Origin: Candidatus Bathyarchaeota archaeon
GTDB taxonomy: Archaea > Thermoproteota > Bathyarchaeia > Bathyarchaeales > Bathycorpusculaceae
DNA length: 64,000 nucleotides
Assembly (NCBI GenBank): GCA_963832745.1
Contig: CAWHVC010000003.1
Span: forward strand, 1 to 64,000
Direction of reading: 5' to 3'
A program made the position numbers and the translations under genes. The notes under the pieces are model-generated. The model was given only the letters and a program-made list of their open reading frames with translations. It had not been told where the DNA came from and made no database searches. Of this stretch, positions 20,195-29,496 are shown piece by piece (the stretch's first letter is position 1; each line of letters opens with the position of its first letter).

Positions 20195-20665
20195 TTGACA
20201 ACACAATACGAAAAAGTCCAAGCAACCAAACCCCAACTATTAAGCGGAAACCTCTTCGCTTTAACATGGATTTTACTGGGAACACTTGGCTGCTGGCTAA
20301 TTAACCCCCTTTACGGATGGCTATTTTTAGGATTTTCAGCATTTGTCACTTACGGCATCCTACGCAGAATGACCTGCACCTCATGCTACTATTGCAAATC
20401 ATGCACAAAAGGAATGGCCAAACTATCCCTGCTGTTCCTTGGCGCAAACCACATTCCGGGAATAGGCAAAGGCACCATCATAGCAATGGACACAACAATG
20501 TATGCAGTATTAACTTTGATACCAGGTTGGCTACTTGCTTCCTCGTTACTTGCAGAATACGACCTACTAAAACTGCTGGCACTCGGCGGCTTAATCGGAA
20601 TTTCCATAATCAGCGCCGTAAGTTTACTATACCATCTCGCCGTAAAACCCAAGACTAAAGCGTGA
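20195..20665 (+). CDS. Four-TM membrane protein with Cys cluster
   Basis: TM pairs flank CTSCYYCKSC (CxxCxxCxxC). Confidence 0.8.
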   Translation: MTTQYEKVQATKPQLLSGNLFALTWILLGTLGCWLINPLYGWLFLGFSAFVTYGILRRMTCTSCYYCKSCTKGMAKLSLLFLGANHIPGIGKGTIIAMDTTMYAVLTLIPGWLLASSLLAEYDLLKLLALGGLIGISIISAVSLLYHLAVKPKTKA

Positions 20666-20670
20666 ACTAG

Positions 20671-20868
20671 ATGCATAAGGCCTACATTGACCCAGAGAAA
20701 TGCTTACGTTGCCCAACTTGTGGAGCGGCAAAAGTCTGCCCTCCTAAAGCTATTTTTCGCATCGACCAAGATGACCCAAACATTGTAGAGCCAGATCTGT
20801 GCCATGGATGCGGTGACTGCATGTCAAAATGTTCGGGCAATGCAATAGAATTGAAAAAAACGACTTAA
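20671..20868 (+). CDS. 2x[4Fe-4S] ferredoxin
   Basis: CLRCPTC...VCP and CHGCGDCMSKC motifs. Confidence 0.9.
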   Translation: MHKAYIDPEKCLRCPTCGAAKVCPPKAIFRIDQDDPNIVEPDLCHGCGDCMSKCSGNAIELKKTT

Positions 20869-20921
20869 ACTGAAAAGTGAGTCAGCTGATTGAAAAAGTG
20901 TTCAATCGAATAAGTAAAGGG

Positions 20922-22754
20922 TTATTTTTTTGTTGTAAGTTTTTGTAGGCTCCATGCTAGAGCATCTGTTCCGACCGCAGTGAAAAGCTTAAGCGTGTTC
21001 CATAGTTTTTTGGCAGTCAAATCCTGCGAGAAAGCAAGGGCAAACCTTTTAAGAATATGTGAATTGGCTGGTTCACTTAACCATTTCAGGTCAACATCAA
21101 GAGTAATAGTTGAATCTGTTTGTCTTCCTTTTATGACACGTATGTATTCAACACTTGTTTTACTTGTTTTGAATATGAAACTGGCAGTTAAATCATCCAT
21201 CCTTAAAGTGCATTGGATTGTTTGTGGGCCCAATAATCGGAGAAATCGCTTCATTTCTAAAACGTTATGCACACCAACCTGTCGGGTGTACGCTTCAACC
21301 CGCGGGTCAATGTATGCTTCAAGAAACGTGGCTATATGTTTTTCAAAATTATCCTTTTGTAAGGTAGTACCATTATTTGCCATAAAACCAAGATTTATAA
21401 TTCTTTCTTGAGCGAAATCTATCAGGGTCTTCTTTTGTTTTGTTCTTGATTGAACAACTTGTTCATGATCAAAAAACGTGTCAATATTCCAAAATCTCGC
21501 CATACAATACGTAGCCATTTCTTCAATTTTCTCTTTTGAGAGATGCTTAGTTGTATATACAGAATGCATTTCATCAAAATTGTCCCAGTTAGTTTCAAAA
21601 ATTAGTCCTTGCTCATCTAACTCTTTATAGAAGTCTGTGCTGGGGAAAGGCGTTGCGATTCCAAAAGCGGCTCCTGTTAGACCAATCTCTTTCGCGTATG
21701 CAGGGAACATTCGGATTTCTTCTTCCGTTTGGTCAGGCAAACCAATAACAAATGTTCCGCCTGCTCTGCCACCGTTTTCACGTATATTCTTAACGGCTTG
21801 ACCGTGAACCTTGCTGGTTATGCCTTTTTTGGTTGACTTTAAATCTTTGGCATTTGGGCTTTCTATACCCATTTCAAATCGGCGGATGCCAACTTGACAC
21901 ATTTTCTTTACGATTTCTGGGTGCGCTGCCATGGCGTCTGCCCTAACTAGGGCGCAAAACTCCATGTTTAAATCATGTTCCATCATTAAATCGCATAGTC
22001 GGTCAACTTGTTTGGGGTTACCCATAAAGTGTGGGTCAGCAAACATGACATTTACGGGCTTTCTTTTGTGGTATTCTGACATTTCCAAGAGTTCTTGCAT
22101 AACGTTCTCGGGTGAACGGGTTCTTAGGCAACCTTGACTCATGCTTGGTTCGCAACAGAAACTGCATAGGCCATTGCAGCCTCTATACATTGTTAAAACA
22201 TCACAGTCTGTTACTCGATCTTGGCTTTTGTAAGGATACTGTCTCAAATGTCGAGCGGGAAAGGGAAGGTCATCCAAGTTTTCAAGCGGTTTTCTGTCTT
22301 GATTGCGAACTATTTGTCCATTCTTACGGTATGAAAGCCCTAAAATGTTCTCGAAAGTGCCCGTTTCCACAATCTCTTTCATTGTAGCCTCGCCTTCCCC
22401 GCGGACAACCGCGTCGATTTGTGGGTGGGCAAGCATCATGTCAGGGACAGCGGTTGGGTGATATCCACCGACTACAGTGGGTAAATTGTTTTGTTTAGCA
22501 ATTTTGGCCAAACGCAGACCTTGGTTGTGTTCAGTGGCGGATAATGTGATGCCGACTAGGTCGGGGTTGTAAACGTTTATGATTTCTTGAAATTTCCTGT
22601 TGTCAAGTTCAAGGTCAACAATATTGACTTGGTCAACTGTGTCTTTGAGGTAGGCGGCTATGTATTCTAAACCGATAGGTATCAAATCGAAAGAAAAACT
22701 CAAGCCTTTCCTTCCAGCAGGTTTAACCAGCAAGATTCTCTTGAACGCCAACAT
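20922..22754 (-). CDS. B12-binding (class B) radical SAM protein with C-terminal extension
   Basis: PIGLEYIAA / GGYHPT / VRGEGE cobalamin domain; RGCNGLCSFC (CxxxCxxC); GIES; about 170-aa C-terminal extension. Confidence 0.9.
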   Translation of the reverse strand: MLAFKRILLVKPAGRKGLSFSFDLIPIGLEYIAAYLKDTVDQVNIVDLELDNRKFQEIINVYNPDLVGITLSATEHNQGLRLAKIAKQNNLPTVVGGYHPTAVPDMMLAHPQIDAVVRGEGEATMKEIVETGTFENILGLSYRKNGQIVRNQDRKPLENLDDLPFPARHLRQYPYKSQDRVTDCDVLTMYRGCNGLCSFCCEPSMSQGCLRTRSPENVMQELLEMSEYHKRKPVNVMFADPHFMGNPKQVDRLCDLMMEHDLNMEFCALVRADAMAAHPEIVKKMCQVGIRRFEMGIESPNAKDLKSTKKGITSKVHGQAVKNIRENGGRAGGTFVIGLPDQTEEEIRMFPAYAKEIGLTGAAFGIATPFPSTDFYKELDEQGLIFETNWDNFDEMHSVYTTKHLSKEKIEEMATYCMARFWNIDTFFDHEQVVQSRTKQKKTLIDFAQERIINLGFMANNGTTLQKDNFEKHIATFLEAYIDPRVEAYTRQVGVHNVLEMKRFLRLLGPQTIQCTLRMDDLTASFIFKTSKTSVEYIRVIKGRQTDSTITLDVDLKWLSEPANSHILKRFALAFSQDLTAKKLWNTLKLFTAVGTDALAWSLQKLTTKK

Positions 22755-22892
22755 GAAACACCAAAGATAACTTCCCGACAACCACAACTATACTTAAAAA
22801 TCAATCGTGAGCTTGAGCCTTTTAACGATGGAAAATCAAAAGAAGAGCACAAGAATTATAATAGTTTTAAAAGTACTCTTAGTAAGAAAATA

Positions 22893-23798
22893 ATGCAGAC
22901 GTGTAAAGGAACAATTGCCATCATAATCCTTGGGATAGCCATAACCGTATTTGTTATGGGCAACGTTGCAGTTGCTGGAGATAGCCTTCAAGTGGATTCT
23001 ACAAGTTTACACGTTTACAGAGATGGTTTAACACATGTTAGTCAATCAATAAGTGTTGACCAAATAGCTTCTACAGTGAATGTAGAGCTTTTGTCGGATG
23101 ATGTTGAAAACGTTTTGATTCTTGACGAAAACCAGATGGTTGTTGATTTCACAATAGATGGTTCAAACTTAACAATAATTTCTCTGGGGGAGAAACAAGT
23201 CAACCTTGAATATGACACAGTGGCGCTGACAAAAAAAGAAGCTGAAACATGGACCATAGTTACCGGCAGCCCCTATGAGCTAACTGTTTCTTTGCCGACA
23301 AATGCAACACTTTTTTATTTGAATGAAATGCCTTCAGCGATAAACACGGTTGACTCTGAAATCAGGTTAACTCTTACACCAGGAAATTGGGAAATAAGCT
23401 ACACTCTGCCATTAGTCTCACAGGAAACAAATGAAAATAACCAAGACACCAGCGGAGCAACAGACACAACAGCACCTTTTAACCCACTCATAATTTTCTC
23501 AATCATAGCCATTGCAGCAATAAGCACATCAACATTCATGATTATTAAGCGCAAGCACAACAAAAAACCAAACATGAAAAAAGTTCTCAAGAGCAACCCG
23601 CAACTGCAACCAGACGACCAAAAAATCATACAGTTTTTAATTGAAAAAGGTGGAACAGCGTTTGAAGCAGAAATTCGTGAAAGATTCCCAGACATGCCAA
23701 GAACCAGCCTGTGGCGGCTTGTAAGGAGACTTGAAAGATTAGACATTGTTGAAATAAACAAGATTGGATTAGAAAATCAAGTTAAACTTAAAAAATAA
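22893..23798 (+). CDS. Membrane-anchored winged-HTH transcriptional regulator (COG2512-like)
   Basis: Signal peptide, extracellular beta domain, single TM, cytoplasmic wHTH (IIQFLIEKGG...EAEIRERF..MPRTSLWRLVRRLERLDIVEI). Confidence 0.85.
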   Translation: MQTCKGTIAIIILGIAITVFVMGNVAVAGDSLQVDSTSLHVYRDGLTHVSQSISVDQIASTVNVELLSDDVENVLILDENQMVVDFTIDGSNLTIISLGEKQVNLEYDTVALTKKEAETWTIVTGSPYELTVSLPTNATLFYLNEMPSAINTVDSEIRLTLTPGNWEISYTLPLVSQETNENNQDTSGATDTTAPFNPLIIFSIIAIAAISTSTFMIIKRKHNKKPNMKKVLKSNPQLQPDDQKIIQFLIEKGGTAFEAEIRERFPDMPRTSLWRLVRRLERLDIVEINKIGLENQVKLKK

Positions 23799-23804
23799 AA
23801 TAAG

Positions 23805-24884
23805 TTATTTACCGCTTTTTGTGCTGTTACCGTTAAGCTGGCCTGCCCCTGAATTGGGACCCCCGTTGCTGTTCGTGCCACCGGTTGGTGAAGGTGAAGT
23901 CGGATTTGGATTATTTGAATTGCCACTGGTTCCATTCGTGCTGTTATTTGGTGTTCCTCCTCGATGAACTATTTCTTGATTTAAAGATTGGTCTGTATTT
24001 TGTATTAAACTACTTAGTGTGTTTAGGCTGGCAAGCTTGTTTCCGATGTCTCCTGGCTGATTGGTGATTTCTTGGATTCTTTGTTGCAGGTTTGCGATGT
24101 AGGCTGATTCATTTTTGAAGCCCATGGACTGCAAGAAGCTATTAATATCTACTCCTTGAGTACGTCCATATTGGAATCTTTCTTGAACCGTTGCAATCAG
24201 GTTGTTGCAGTAATTGTTAAGTCTCCAAGAATCTGACGCTTCACCTTGCGTTTTCAGGTACTGGTAAACTTGAGAAAGTAAAGCGTTACCCTGCTCCATA
24301 TTGGCAACTGTTTGCGTGATTTCTTCGCGGGTAGTCAACTGACTTAACGAGTTAACGTTAAAACAATTTGCTGCCTGATCAAGCAGACTAAGAGCGCCGG
24401 TCGCGTTTTCTTGAACAACCGAGCGAAGTAAGTTTATTCTTTCTCGTGCACGGATATTTGCTTCCAATAACCCTTGAGCATCAACTTGGTCACTTGGTTG
24501 AGGGTAACAAATGCTCAAAATATGATTTACTGATTTGTTAACAGTTTTAAAGGTGTTTAATGCTTGAATCAAACTTACTTGTGCACCGTTATAATTTCCA
24601 GCTGCAAATTGAGATTCTGCAAAAGTTAAATTTTCAACTCCCTGCACATACAAAGAGACATTGCCTTCCAGAGAGTTAAGTAAACCATAGTTTTCTGCCT
24701 TTTGAAGAGTTGTTTCGTTTGAGTAAATTTGGTTGATAAGGTCGTCAAGTTGGTTTTTTGTTTGTTGGGTTAGTGAAAGCAGGTTTTGGGTGGAATTTTG
24801 GTTTTGCGCTTGGGCAAAAAAGCTTGCACTAACCGTTACGATCATGATAGTTATTAGGGCAAGTGCAAGCAGTTTGCTTCTCAT
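23805..24884 (-). CDS. Secreted alpha-helical protein with Asn/Gly/Ser-rich tail
   Basis: Signal peptide, amphipathic helical body, low-complexity C-terminus. Confidence 0.8.
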   Translation of the reverse strand: MRSKLLALALITIMIVTVSASFFAQAQNQNSTQNLLSLTQQTKNQLDDLINQIYSNETTLQKAENYGLLNSLEGNVSLYVQGVENLTFAESQFAAGNYNGAQVSLIQALNTFKTVNKSVNHILSICYPQPSDQVDAQGLLEANIRARERINLLRSVVQENATGALSLLDQAANCFNVNSLSQLTTREEITQTVANMEQGNALLSQVYQYLKTQGEASDSWRLNNYCNNLIATVQERFQYGRTQGVDINSFLQSMGFKNESAYIANLQQRIQEITNQPGDIGNKLASLNTLSSLIQNTDQSLNQEIVHRGGTPNNSTNGTSGNSNNPNPTSPSPTGGTNSNGGPNSGAGQLNGNSTKSGK

Positions 24885-24917
24885 AGCAGGAACCTAACGT
24901 AGTATAGCCGCGCTTAC

Positions 24918-24949
24918 AGTTAAGGAACACTGGTGAAACGAGCGTTTCA
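24918..24949 (-). promoter_or_regulatory. Palindromic operator plus CCTTAACT core promoter (copy 1)
   Basis: Perfect IR TGAAACG-AG-CGTTTCA at 24934-24949; CCTTAACT on minus strand at 24925-24918. Confidence 0.7.
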
Positions 24950-24993
24950 ACGCGAAAAAACCGGTCAAATCAACCTTAGCGTTAAAAAACCTG

Positions 24994-25045
24994 TGAAAAA
25001 AGCGTTCCTAAAAATGAAACGGTTTTCGCAAAGTGTCCCTTAACT
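24994..25045 (+). promoter_or_regulatory. Tandem operator boxes plus CCTTAACT core promoter (copy 2)
   Basis: TGAAAAAAGCGTTCCT (24994), TGAAACGGTTTTCGCA (25015), TGTCCCTTAACT ending 25045. Confidence 0.7.
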
Positions 25046-25080
25046 CACATGGTAGCTTATGTCTTTTTGAGGTAAAATAA

Positions 25081-25296
25081 ATGAACCAAAAAATAAAAGG
25101 CATCATATTGCTAAGTGTAGTCTTAGTTGCTTCATGTGCAATGATTTTTACAGCATCAGTTTCAGCAGCAGACTGTGATAGAGACCAAGTTAAAGATCAA
25201 ACAAAAGATCAGCTTAAAGACCAAACCTGCACGCCCGACTGCATTCAAGACCAAACCCAACTGCAAACAAAACTTCAACTCAAGGATTGCCTTTAA
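25081..25296 (+). CDS. Secreted microprotein with DQxK repeats
   Basis: GAGGT SD; signal peptide; DRDQVKDQTKDQLKDQTC...QTQLQTKLQLKDC. Confidence 0.75.
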   Translation: MNQKIKGIILLSVVLVASCAMIFTASVSAADCDRDQVKDQTKDQLKDQTCTPDCIQDQTQLQTKLQLKDCL

Positions 25297-25336
25297 CGGA
25301 AACTTAGCTAATCCCCTTTTTTCCTTCTTTTCCTTT

Positions 25337-25388
25337 TGAAACAAGCGTTTCAGTGTTTGAACTGGTTTTCTCATAATGTCCCTTAACT
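25337..25388 (+). promoter_or_regulatory. Tandem operator boxes plus CCTTAACT core promoter (copy 3)
   Basis: TGAAACAAGCGTTTCA (25337), TGAACTGGTTTTCTCA (25358), TGTCCCTTAACT ending 25388; same spacing as copy 2. Confidence 0.75.
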
Positions 25389-25423
25389 TGGGCTTAGCAT
25401 GTATTACGAGTAGTGACTTGAAA

Positions 25424-26353
25424 ATGTTAAACCAAAAAAATTGGAAAAAAATTACAGCCATACTTGTAACAGCTTTGTTCTTGGCATCTTTAACAGCATT
25501 AGCCAATGCCGCTAATGAAACCAGCTCCAAATCTTCAGGCAACGGGTCGCCTGAACCATCACAAGCACAGACCAGCAACGGCCAAGAAAATACAACGCCA
25601 ACTGCTAACCCAGACAACTTGACTTCAAACAATCCAAACAGCAAGCCGACGGACGATTGTAATGGTACATCAAATGCTTATGGTCAAGGCAATTCTGAAC
25701 TTATGATTCCGGGAGGGGTAACAGCAAACACGACTTATTGCAACCGAACAGACGTAACACCCAAAGCAGAAATGGAACAGGTACGAGCAGGCGAACCGAT
25801 GCTGTTCCGTTATAGAAACATGACAATGCTGATGAACTGCACAAACAACTGCAGCGTCGTAGTTACTGCGGATGAAACAGTTACTCCAAAGATTCTGGGG
25901 CTTTCAATAGATAGTCAGGAAAACCTTACGGTTGCAATGAACATGTATGGGTCGCCGCTTCAGGGCGAAATGGTTACGGAAAGAACCTTGAACTTCTACG
26001 TAGGCATTGAACCAAACAACCAAGAGCAAATAAGAGGCCAAATTCGACTGTACATTAACCAAACAGAACTTCAACAGGAGCTCAACAGAGAAGTTAACGC
26101 TTCACAATTAACCTGGATGTTCTGGAACATAACTTCAGCACAATGGCAAGCAGTTCCAAGCTTTATCGATGATAGCGGATACTTAGTATGCAACACGAAC
26201 CACTTTTCCACTTGGACAGTAGCAGAAATCGAACAGGCAACCCAGCCAATTGAAAACTTGGACACTGCAAACATGACATACATCATTGTCGGAGTAGTTG
26301 TTGCAGTCATAGCACTTGTAGCAACAGTAACAATTCTAAAAAAGAAAAAATAA
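25424..26353 (+). CDS. Surface protein with C-terminal TM anchor
   Basis: Signal peptide from ATG 25424, S/T/N/P-rich linker, CNTNHFSTW motif, TM + KKKK. Confidence 0.8.
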   Translation: MLNQKNWKKITAILVTALFLASLTALANAANETSSKSSGNGSPEPSQAQTSNGQENTTPTANPDNLTSNNPNSKPTDDCNGTSNAYGQGNSELMIPGGVTANTTYCNRTDVTPKAEMEQVRAGEPMLFRYRNMTMLMNCTNNCSVVVTADETVTPKILGLSIDSQENLTVAMNMYGSPLQGEMVTERTLNFYVGIEPNNQEQIRGQIRLYINQTELQQELNREVNASQLTWMFWNITSAQWQAVPSFIDDSGYLVCNTNHFSTWTVAEIEQATQPIENLDTANMTYIIVGVVVAVIALVATVTILKKKK

Positions 26354-26471
26354 TCGAGCCTTTTTCTTTTTTTAAAAAAGGCAATTCTACATTTTTCCCT
26401 TGGCTTCAAACTTTGGCTTGACGGGCATTTGGGCACAAATTAAATACCACAAGCAACATTACATTTTGGTT

Positions 26472-27323
26472 ATGGGGTACCAACCTCGAAGAACGCCCAA
26501 AAGGGCAATTCACGAATACAGAAAAGCATTTCGTGAAAAAAGCAAATCAGCCAAACATCAAAATAGACGTGCCGCCGAACAAGCTTTGGAAGAAAAAACT
26601 GCGCCAACTGAACAGCAGGTTTTTGAATTAACACTTAAACGTCTGCACACGTTAGGTAGCCAAAAGTTTGGTTCTTACCCGTTTAGCGAGTATTTTGACC
26701 GCTGGCTACTAAACGTTGAGTCTACACTGGACGAGTTTGAAGCTTACTCAGGCATGAATGTTGATGAGCAGTTTGTCAAAGAACGCAGTCAAGCACTTGC
26801 AGCTGTTAAACTGCAACTTGAAAACCGTCATTGTAGAGAAACCCGACTTGAACAGCAAATAAACAGTCTTTCTGGCGCTAAAAACCATCTCCAACAATTA
26901 AACAGTGAATACCTAACCAAGGCAACTGCGCTTAAAGGTCAAAAAAACGCTGCAATCAAACGTTTAAACAATGAAATAGCTTCCCTGAAAAAGGAACAGG
27001 ACCGCATAATCCAGTTGAAAACAGGTTTCTTTAGAGGCGTTTCCAGAAAGGCGCGGGAACAGAAAGAAATTGAGGCTGTGCAACGGTTAAGTGATAAGCA
27101 GCAGGAACTTGAAGTAACGGTTTTAAATTTTCGTGAACAACAGAAGCTGCTTCGGGAAGAGTTTGACCGTAAGCGTGAACCTGTATTGGATGATGTTAAA
27201 GCTTTTCAGAAACGCGTCAAAGATATGGATGAGGATGGCTCGTTGGAGGAGCGTTGGTTTGCCTGTGAAGCTCTAATTGATGTTGTTAACAATTTTTTCC
27301 AACGAAAAATGAGTAAAGCCTGA
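26472..27323 (+). CDS. Coiled-coil hypothetical protein
   Basis: ATG 26472 (MGYQPRRTPK); long E/K/Q-rich heptad pattern. Confidence 0.75.
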   Translation: MGYQPRRTPKRAIHEYRKAFREKSKSAKHQNRRAAEQALEEKTAPTEQQVFELTLKRLHTLGSQKFGSYPFSEYFDRWLLNVESTLDEFEAYSGMNVDEQFVKERSQALAAVKLQLENRHCRETRLEQQINSLSGAKNHLQQLNSEYLTKATALKGQKNAAIKRLNNEIASLKKEQDRIIQLKTGFFRGVSRKAREQKEIEAVQRLSDKQQELEVTVLNFREQQKLLREEFDRKREPVLDDVKAFQKRVKDMDEDGSLEERWFACEALIDVVNNFFQRKMSKA

Positions 27324-27571
27324 AAATGACTTTTTCTATATTTTTTGTAGATTTGAGATAATGAATCCTGTAAAATCTATTTAATCTATATAAAACACGT
27401 TTTCCTGCTTGGGTAATGGTTATGGGAGAGTTTTCTTTGATCATGTAAAGTATTGTTTATTTGAAGGATAAAAAATGTTTTTAATGCTTATGGAACACCC
27501 GTGAATTAGCTAAGCCTTATAAGGTTCATTTGTTAAAGACAATTTCAATTATTTAGACGGATGATCAAAAA

Positions 27572-28381
27572 TTGCAAATAGCTTTAAAGAAGGAAATGGA
27601 AACCCTCCTCATCCCGCTGTATGGCAGGGCAATGATGAGCGAAAAAGGCCTCTTCAAAGACCCAGACGCCGAAGTTGCAATAAGCCAAATAGATTACGAC
27701 TTTTCAAAACTGCAAATCAAAGAAAAAACGCAAATAATGCTTTCAATCCGCGGTGCACTCATAGATGACTACACAAAACAGTACCTTGCAGATCACCCGG
27801 ACAGCACCGTAATCTATCTTGGATGCGGGCTTGATTCAAGGGCAAAACGGCTTGGTTATCCATCAAAGCTGTGGTATGATATTGATTTTCCAGAAGTCAT
27901 AGACATAAAGAAGCAACTCTATCCGCAAACAGAACATTACAAGTATGTGTCTTCCTCTGTGACTGATTGGGCATGGCTGGACAACATCGAAACAAGCAAC
28001 CAACCCGTACTGGCAATTGCGGAAGGCCTACTAATGTACCTAAACGAGCAAGACATCAAAACGCTTTTTCTGAAAATGCGCGACCAATTCAAAGATGTAA
28101 CCTTTGTTTTTGATGCTTATTCTGAAGTTACAGCTGAACATGCAAAGAATCATCCTTCCCTTAAAAAGACCGGCGCAAATGTTCAATGGGGAATCGATTC
28201 ACCCCAAACTTTAGAAACCTACGGAGAAGGCATCACCTATGTCAAAACAGTTTACTTTACTGATGATGCTGCAACCAAAAATTTGCCAACACGTTACCGC
28301 ATGATGTTTCAGTTGGCAGGCAAATTTAAAACTGCAAAAGAAGCACACAGAATATTCGTAATAAAACTTCAAAGACAGTGA
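27572..28381 (+). CDS. Class I SAM-dependent O-methyltransferase (LCM/TcmP-like)
   Basis: ETLLIPLYGRA, YLGCGLDSR, WYDIDFPEVI, IAEGLLMYL. Confidence 0.92.
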   Translation: MQIALKKEMETLLIPLYGRAMMSEKGLFKDPDAEVAISQIDYDFSKLQIKEKTQIMLSIRGALIDDYTKQYLADHPDSTVIYLGCGLDSRAKRLGYPSKLWYDIDFPEVIDIKKQLYPQTEHYKYVSSSVTDWAWLDNIETSNQPVLAIAEGLLMYLNEQDIKTLFLKMRDQFKDVTFVFDAYSEVTAEHAKNHPSLKKTGANVQWGIDSPQTLETYGEGITYVKTVYFTDDAATKNLPTRYRMMFQLAGKFKTAKEAHRIFVIKLQRQ

Positions 28382-28409
28382 TACCAAAGAAAATATTGGA
28401 AACTAACTC

Positions 28410-28985
28410 TTATGGATTAGTTAATGGGTAAACGTTTTGTGAAAAGCTTGCTGTAAGCGCATCCATGTCGGAAACGCCAAGTATCACGTATTCGCCATTG
28501 GTTAATTCAATCACAAGGCTGGTGTTGTTGTTAGTTAGTACGTGGGCTGTGTGTCCGTTTCCAAGTGTGAAGAGGCCTATGCAGACATCGCCTGAGGCTG
28601 TGCCAAACGTTCTTGACATTGTCAGGTTACCTTGACCCAATTGGCTGACGTACGCATTGGCTATTTGGTCTGAAGGGATAGTCATGCTGCCTGCACCCAG
28701 AAAACTTGACTCGTAGCTTACATATTGATTGCCTACGGTGATTGTTGATGGCAGGGCGTTGCCCATAAGAATTACTGCGCCAATGCCGATTATTATTACG
28801 CCTGTAATCAGGTAGACATACCTGTTTTCTGTTGGTCTTGCTTTAAGTGAGTAAGTAGCAAGGAGGTGTGCCAGTTTTTTTGAGAACCCTGCTGAGAGGA
28901 GAACAGCGCCTAAAACAATTAGGACTATGGGTATGATTGTTAGTATAATTGATGTTTGTTGTACCACGAATTGTTCAGCTGACAC
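28410..28985 (-). CDS. Membrane protein with bacterial PH-like domain
   Basis: Two TM helices, then RTFGT...IGLFTLGNG...LVIELTNGEYVILG. Confidence 0.65.
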   Translation of the reverse strand: MSAEQFVVQQTSIILTIIPIVLIVLGAVLLSAGFSKKLAHLLATYSLKARPTENRYVYLITGVIIIGIGAVILMGNALPSTITVGNQYVSYESSFLGAGSMTIPSDQIANAYVSQLGQGNLTMSRTFGTASGDVCIGLFTLGNGHTAHVLTNNNTSLVIELTNGEYVILGVSDMDALTASFSQNVYPLTNP

Positions 28986-29496
28986 TTAATCATGCCTCTA
29001 AATTAAGCACAAAGAATTGTGTTGGATGAAATTAAATCTAACGATATAAAATTGTCAAATAAAATGATAGCGGGGTTTGTGTTTTTTGTTTTGCTTGTAG
29101 CAAATGTTGGAAATAGGGGCAGGAGGCAAAAACAGAAAAGTAAAACCCGGCAAGCGCTTGTCAGCCTTTAGAGACTTAAGTCATGAAGAGAAGCACAAAA
29201 GCAATTTCCAAGCAAATACACCAAAATGGCAGAACCGACATGAACTTCAAGTACAAGGAGGATATTCAAACCCTTATTGTCCGTAAGAAACACGTATTTT
29301 TTTGCTTGTGTTTATAAGCGCGGGTCGTCCTTGTGTGCTTGAGTTGAAGCGTTTAGTAAAATCCTTGGGCTAACCTGTAAGACCTGACTCTTTTCAATAC
29401 AACTTTGATAAAAATAAAACTCGCAACAAAATTGGCGCCTCACTCAAAGAAAATGCGATAAACGTCTCGCAGATAAAAAGATAGGAGTCCAAAAAA

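Noticed and set aside
29100-29400. ORF 29104-29286 or a Gar1 remnant (TTG AAG CGT TTA...) upstream of tfb
   Set aside because: Resemblance covers only a few codons and the frames close quickly.
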